In this document: one piece after another, positions 58,747 to 64,000 of the stretch | Layout of the letters: every line of letters starts with the position of its first letter | Numbering within the stretch: position 1 is the stretch's first letter | Assembly: GCA_041640595.1 (NCBI GenBank) | Contig: JBEPZY010000002.1 | Span: forward strand, 500,651-564,650 | Reading direction: 5' to 3' | Length of the DNA: 64,000 nucleotides | Origin: Gemmatales bacterium | Lineage (GTDB): Bacteria > Planctomycetota > Planctomycetia > Gemmatales > HRBIN36 | Translations under genes and position numbers: made by a program | Notes under the pieces: model-generated | The model's input: only the letters and a program-made list of their open reading frames with translations | Told to the model about the DNA's origin: nothing | The model's database searches: none

Positions 58747-59946
58747 ATGACCCGAACGGTTAGCGAATTGCGTCCTTCACCACGTATCCTTATGGGGCCG
58801 GGACCGAGCGATGTTCATCCCCGTGTGTTGCGAGCGATGGCTACGCCTCTGGTGGGCCATCTTGACCCGGAGTTCCTGAGTTTGATGAACGAAACGCAGG
58901 AGTTGCTCCGCTACGTTTTCCAGACGCAGAACCAGCTTACCTTTGCCGTTTCCGGAACCGGCAGCGCAGGCATGGAAACCTGCGTCGTCAACCTGATTGA
59001 ACCAGGGGATCGAATGATTGTGTGCGTCAATGGCGTGTTCGGCCAGCGTATGGTGGATGTGGCACGGCGTGCCGGTGCCGAAGTTACGGTGCTCGAACGA
59101 CCGTGGGGAGATGTCTTTCCGCTCGACCAGATTCGTGAGGCTCTGCGGCAGGTGCGTCCCAAAGTGCTGGGGATCGTCCATGCGGAAACTTCCACCGGTG
59201 CGTGCCAGCCGATGGAGGGACTTGGTGCTCTTTGCCACGAGTTCGACACGCTGCTTCTGGTGGATACGGTTACTTCTCTGGGCGGTATTCCCGTCGAGGT
59301 GGATCGCTGGCAGGCGGATGCCGTCTATTCAGGCACGCAGAAATGCCTGAGTGCTCCTCCGGGGTTGGCACCGGTTACCTTTAGCCCGCGGGCAGTTGAA
59401 GTGATCCACCGCCGGCGTCAACCCGTCCAGAGCTGGTATCTGGACGTCACCATGGTGGAACGGTACTGGGGCCAGGAGCGGTTCTACCATCACACCGCCC
59501 CGATTACGATGATTTACTCGCTGCATGAAGCGTTGCGGCTGGTGCAGGAGGAGGGGCTGGAAAACCGGTTTGCCCGGCACCAACTGCACCACCGCGCGTT
59601 GAAAGCAGGGCTGACGGCTCTGGGAATTCGCTACGCCGCTGTCGAAGGTCATCAGCTGCCACAACTCAACGCGGTCTGGATTCCTGCCGGCGCGGACGAC
59701 GTGGCAACACGCAAAATGCTGCTGGAACGTTTCGGTATCGAAATCGGTGGCGGACTGGGAGAGTTCAAGGGTCGCGTCTGGCGAATCGGATTGATGGGCT
59801 ATTCCTGTCGTGCCAACAACGTGCTGTTGTTCCTGGCGGCACTGGAACAATGCCTGCTCGCCCAGGGTGTGCGGATCACCGAAGGAGCAGCCGTTGCCGC
59901 TGCCAATCGCGTTTACCTGGAATCCGCCCCGTCCTCATCGCGCTAA
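58747..59946 (+). CDS. Alanine-glyoxylate / serine-pyruvate aminotransferase
   Basis: [54 protein letters not shown]. Confidence 0.92.
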   Translation: MTRTVSELRPSPRILMGPGPSDVHPRVLRAMATPLVGHLDPEFLSLMNETQELLRYVFQTQNQLTFAVSGTGSAGMETCVVNLIEPGDRMIVCVNGVFGQRMVDVARRAGAEVTVLERPWGDVFPLDQIREALRQVRPKVLGIVHAETSTGACQPMEGLGALCHEFDTLLLVDTVTSLGGIPVEVDRWQADAVYSGTQKCLSAPPGLAPVTFSPRAVEVIHRRRQPVQSWYLDVTMVERYWGQERFYHHTAPITMIYSLHEALRLVQEEGLENRFARHQLHHRALKAGLTALGIRYAAVEGHQLPQLNAVWIPAGADDVATRKMLLERFGIEIGGGLGEFKGRVWRIGLMGYSCRANNVLLFLAALEQCLLAQGVRITEGAAVAAANRVYLESAPSSSR

Positions 59947-60188
59947 TAAACGCAGTAGCGCATGCGAGACGCAGTGCTCGCCTGCTCGGGCGTTCAAAAC
60001 TGCCGCGGACCTGCACCGCAACCCTTGCCCATAGTCGCGGCGAAACATTCCTGTAGAATACGGCTCTGTCGCAAACTGGTGCTGCTGGGTATCTCGAAGC
60101 CCAAACACCAGGCCAGTGCTCAGACGGGAGCACCACACGAGCGCTCAAACGGGCGGTGAATCGCCGGGAGTAAAAAGGAGGCAAAACC

Positions 60189-61640
60189 ATGTGGGAGCGG
60201 GGAACTCTGTCGCGGCGTGGCTTTCTGCAACGCACTGCCAGTGCTCTGATGGCAGCGGGTTTGCCAGGCTGGTACGCCCAGGAACTCGCTTATGCTCAGG
60301 AGAAACAACAAGCGGCTCGCCGACCTCAGGACGTGTTGCGATTCGGGATTGTCGGTGTGGGGAGTCCGGCCAGTCGGGGCTTGCAACTAATCAATGCTTC
60401 CCGACCCAGCGTGCAATCCGGACAGATCACGTATGTTCTCGGTTGCGACGTAGATGCACGGCATCGTCGCCGCGCAGTCGAGGTGGTGCGCCAGCAGGGA
60501 TTCAAGGAGTTCGACGCTCCTTACGGCGATTACCGCGAATTGCTGGCACGCAAGGATATTGATTGCGTGGTCATCGCCACGCCCGACCACTGGCATGCTC
60601 AGATTGCCATCGAGGCGATGAAAGCCGGCAAGGACGTTTATTGTGAAAAGCCGCTCACACTCACCGTCGAGGAAGCATTAGCCGTCGAAAAAGTGGCTAA
60701 AGACACCGGTCGCGTGTTGCAGACCGGAAGCCAGCAACGCACCGAATACGGCGGCATGTTCCGTCTGGCAGTGGAAGCGGTTCGCGCCGGGCGTATCGGT
60801 CGCGTGAAGCTGATCGAATGCCGAATCGGCGACAATCCCACCAGCGGACCGATCCCGGAAGCACCGGTACCGGAAGGGTTGGATTGGGATTTCTGGCTCG
60901 GCCCGACGCCTAAGGTTCCTTATCGCTACAAGGATGGCAAAACCAACTGCCACTACGAATTCCGCTGGTGGTACGAATACAGCGGCGGTAAGATGACCGA
61001 CTGGGGCGCCCATCACATTGATATCGCGCAATGGGCCCTCGATAAAGATGGTTCTGGCCCGGTACTGGTGGAGGTCTTGCAGGCGGATCCGCCTTACCCC
61101 GGCAACGACGGCTACAATTGCCATCCGCGTTTCAAGGTGCAGTACACTTACGAAGACGGTACCCGTGTCATCGCCATGAGTGGCGGCGGTACCACGGTCA
61201 AAGGGCTGGTCAATGCCCGCGGCGAATTACCCACCCGCTTCCAGAAAGGCAAGCCCGTCGGGAAAGTGGAAGCCATCAGCGGTAACGAGAATGGCGTACT
61301 GTTTGTCGGCGAGGAAGGGACGATTTTCGTCAGCCGCGGTTTGCTGGTAGCCAGCGACGCGAAAATCCTCTCCGAACCGATCAAACTCAAACAGGAACTG
61401 TATCCGGGTCGGCCGACCAATCACATGCAGAATTTTGTGGACTGTGTGCGGAATCGTCAGCAGCCGATTTGCAATGCCACCGTCGGTGCCAGTTCGGTCA
61501 TCGTTTGCCATATCGGTGTCATTGCACTGCGGACCGGCAAAAAACTTCGCTGGGATCCCAAGACCCACCGCTTTGACGATGCTCAGGCCAATGAGATGCT
61601 TTCCCGACCGCGGCGTGCTCCCTGGAAATTGCCGGTGTAA
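60189..61640 (+). CDS. Tat-exported Gfo/Idh/MocA oxidoreductase
   Basis: SRRGFL Tat motif, [28 protein letters not shown]. Confidence 0.92.
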   Translation: MWERGTLSRRGFLQRTASALMAAGLPGWYAQELAYAQEKQQAARRPQDVLRFGIVGVGSPASRGLQLINASRPSVQSGQITYVLGCDVDARHRRRAVEVVRQQGFKEFDAPYGDYRELLARKDIDCVVIATPDHWHAQIAIEAMKAGKDVYCEKPLTLTVEEALAVEKVAKDTGRVLQTGSQQRTEYGGMFRLAVEAVRAGRIGRVKLIECRIGDNPTSGPIPEAPVPEGLDWDFWLGPTPKVPYRYKDGKTNCHYEFRWWYEYSGGKMTDWGAHHIDIAQWALDKDGSGPVLVEVLQADPPYPGNDGYNCHPRFKVQYTYEDGTRVIAMSGGGTTVKGLVNARGELPTRFQKGKPVGKVEAISGNENGVLFVGEEGTIFVSRGLLVASDAKILSEPIKLKQELYPGRPTNHMQNFVDCVRNRQQPICNATVGASSVIVCHIGVIALRTGKKLRWDPKTHRFDDAQANEMLSRPRRAPWKLPV

Positions 61641-61746
61641 TCAGCTTCGGACTCCGGGTCGGTAAAGCGCTTGCTCTCCAACCGCAATCTTTGGGGGTGC
61701 AGGGGCCACCTCCACGATTGACTACTCAAACAACAGGGGGAAAACC

Positions 61747-62499
61747 ATGTGGGCCACGATGATTCTGGCTTTGGCAATGTCTGCACCGGCAGCGCAGACG
61801 GCTTCGGGGCCGGTGTATGAACTCCGCATCTATCACGCCGCTCCTGGCAAAATGGAGGCGCTGCTGGCACGCTTCCGCCAGCACACCACCAAACTGTTTG
61901 AAAAGCACGGCATGACCAATATCGGCTACTGGGTGCCGGTGGACAAGCAGGATGAGCGGCTGATCTACATCGTCGCTTTCCCCAGTGCCGAGGCGCGCGA
62001 AAAGGCATGGAAAGAGTTTAGTGCCGACCCCGAGTGGCAACGGGTTCGGGCGGAAACGGAAAAGGAAGGACGGCTGGTTACCAAGGTGGAATCGTACCTT
62101 ATGCAGGCTACCGACTATTCACCGGCCATTAAGCCGGATAAAAGCGGTGGGCGTATTTTTGAGTTGCGCATCTACACCGCCGAACCGGGTCGGCTGCAGG
62201 CTTTGCACGAACGCTTCCGCAACCACACCATGAAATTGTTTGCCAAGCACGGCATGGTCAATCTCGCCTACTGGGGTTTGCTGCCGGGCCAGAAAGAGGC
62301 CGATCGGAAGCTGATCTACATGCTGGCACATAAAAGCGTGGAGGCGGCCAAGGAGTCATTCGCGGCGTTTGGTAAAGACCCCGAGTGGCAGCGCGTCCGC
62401 AAGGAATCGGAGGAAAAAGCCGGTGGACCGCTGGTCGTGCCCAAGACCGGTGTGATTTCAATTTACCTGAAGCCCACCGATTTCTCGCCCTGGCAATAG
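61747..62499 (+). CDS. Secreted tandem NIPSNAP-domain protein
   Basis: Two YELRIY...RF..HT.KLF.KHGM...DPEWQ units. Confidence 0.88.
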   Translation: MWATMILALAMSAPAAQTASGPVYELRIYHAAPGKMEALLARFRQHTTKLFEKHGMTNIGYWVPVDKQDERLIYIVAFPSAEAREKAWKEFSADPEWQRVRAETEKEGRLVTKVESYLMQATDYSPAIKPDKSGGRIFELRIYTAEPGRLQALHERFRNHTMKLFAKHGMVNLAYWGLLPGQKEADRKLIYMLAHKSVEAAKESFAAFGKDPEWQRVRKESEEKAGGPLVVPKTGVISIYLKPTDFSPWQ

Positions 62500-62543
62500 T
62501 CGGCTCGCCAGTGCCATCATCGGGCAGGGAACGGGAGCGAACC

Positions 62544-63245
62544 ATGTTTCGCGCCGCCGTGCTGGTCAGTGCTTGCCTGCTGGCTTTTTTCACCGTCGGG
62601 GCAGGCCAGGATAAATCGTCTTTGCCAGAAGAAGGTTTGCCCATCAGTGCCGCGGAAAAGCAAGCCGTCGCTCGCTTGCAACAAGCCGGCGTGCTGGTGT
62701 TGCGGCTGGCAATGAACACCAACTGGCTCTACGCCGATTTCAGCCTCCGCCATCAACCCGTGCGAGACGAGGAACTTGCCTGGCTCCAGGAAATTCCCAA
62801 TCTCGTCGAACTCAACCTGGCCGGTACCAATGTCGGTGACAGCCAGATGGCACTGCTGGCGAAATTGCCCCATTTGCGCGTGCTCAAGTTGCAGAAAACC
62901 GCCGTTACCGATGCCGGGCTGAAATCATTAACGGCCCTGCGGCATTTGGAGGTGCTCAACCTGTATGGCACTCAGGTAACTGACCAGGGCCTTATGGAAC
63001 TGGCTCAGCTCAAGACCCTGCGGCGATTGTATGTCTGGGACACGAAGGTGACCGAAGCCGGGGCCAGGAAACTGCAGGCTGCTGTGCCCGGTCTGCACGT
63101 CGAATTGGGACTGGCGAAGGAGCCCGAGAAAACGCCGCCCACCGAATCCAAGCCGCCTGCTCCATCGGGAGCCAAACCGGCAGAACAGAAGCCGGTTATT
63201 AAACCCGCTAAACCGCCTGACAAGTCTCCGCAAAAGCCAGGGTAG
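62544..63245 (+). CDS. Secreted leucine-rich repeat protein with Pro/Lys-rich tail
   Basis: 24-aa LxxLxLxGTxVTDxGL repeats. Confidence 0.85.
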   Translation: MFRAAVLVSACLLAFFTVGAGQDKSSLPEEGLPISAAEKQAVARLQQAGVLVLRLAMNTNWLYADFSLRHQPVRDEELAWLQEIPNLVELNLAGTNVGDSQMALLAKLPHLRVLKLQKTAVTDAGLKSLTALRHLEVLNLYGTQVTDQGLMELAQLKTLRRLYVWDTKVTEAGARKLQAAVPGLHVELGLAKEPEKTPPTESKPPAPSGAKPAEQKPVIKPAKPPDKSPQKPG

Positions 63246-63337
63246 CTTCTGGTTGCCTGAGAATCGCAGGTCGGCTGCAATTGCCCGGAGGCCGCCGTAT
63301 CCTGACGAACTTCCCCTTAGCGACGCAGGAAGCCGAG

Positions 63338-64000
63338 GTGGATGCCGAAACCCGTGCTTTGTTGACCTTGCGTTTGGTTGCTGGTCTGGGTCCCCGCTTG
63401 ACGCGGGCACTGATAGAACATTTTGGTTCGGCGCAGAAAGTGTTGCAAGCCAACGCCGAAGCATTTGCCCAGGTGCCACGTCTGCCGAAGAAACTCGCGG
63501 ATGGACTGCTTTTGGCGTTCGAACGAGCACCGCTCGAACAGGAACTGGCCGACATCACCTCCGCCGGGGTACAGGTAATCGGCTGGCACGATCCGGATTA
63601 TCCTGAGGCGCTGCGACCCTTACCCGATGCCCCGCCGCTACTGTACGTGCGTGGCCAGCTCATGCCGAACGAGCCGTGCATTGCGGTAGTCGGCTCGCGT
63701 CTGTGTACCGATTACGGTCGGCGGATCGCCCAGCGCCTGGTCGCCGGTCTGGTGCAGGCAGGTTATACCATTGTCAGCGGACTGGCACGAGGCATTGACG
63801 GCATCGCTCATCAAACCGCCCTGGATCACGGTGGCCGCACGATTGCCGTGTTTGCCGGCGGGCTATTATGCGTTTATCCGCCGGAACACAAAGAACTGGC
63901 GGAACGCATCGTCCGGCAAGGTGCACTGATCAGCGAACAACCCATGCGAATGCCACCGGAACGGGAAATGTTCCCGGCCCGCAATCGGCTCATTAGCGGG
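63338..64000 (+). CDS. dprA: DNA-processing protein DprA, 3' end runs off the window
   Basis: Not in the ORF track. From GTG 63338: LVAGLGP, YPEALRPLPDAPPLLYVRG, IAVVGSR, VSGLARGIDG.AH, FPARNRLISG. Confidence 0.93.
   Translation, partial: MDAETRALLTLRLVAGLGPRLTRALIEHFGSAQKVLQANAEAFAQVPRLPKKLADGLLLAFERAPLEQELADITSAGVQVIGWHDPDYPEALRPLPDAPPLLYVRGQLMPNEPCIAVVGSRLCTDYGRRIAQRLVAGLVQAGYTIVSGLARGIDGIAHQTALDHGGRTIAVFAGGLLCVYPPEHKELAERIVRQGALISEQPMRMPPEREMFPARNRLISG

Overview
A 64-kb bacterial chromosome segment, GC-rich overall. It is most likely Planctomycetota (Gemmatales-like), inferred from the DUF1800/DUF1501 pair, YdjY and HEAT/STN secreted proteins, a C1-transfer-type ATP-grasp enzyme and the REP sequence type. 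Most of it is housekeeping: dapA, pyrB-pyrC, rdgB, skp-lpxC, nadC, purM, coaD, ilvN, secG-yicC-gmk-rpoZ and a partial dprA. It also has a sigma-54 two-component pair, a SulP transporter and many secreted proteins of unknown function. I saw no rRNA, tRNA, cas genes, transposase or integrase. Points of most interest: (1) unrelated 28-38 bp direct-repeat pairs recurring at a 71-81 bp period in several intergenic regions, plus a 73-bp tandem array, giving repeat-spacer-repeat geometry without cas genes; (2) a 28.5-31.3 kb repeat-rich patch with a membrane-anchored, internally homogenised WD40 protein, a MITE-like remnant and a four-copy REP cluster with compensatory stem changes; (3) a probable short 6S RNA directly upstream of an HNH nuclease; (4) a five-gene secreted TPR / FG-GAP / PQQ-propeller / YdjY / Pro-rich cluster of unknown function. 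All family calls come from motif recognition by eye, not database searches. Several start codons were moved from the ORF track to the more plausible ATG/GTG.
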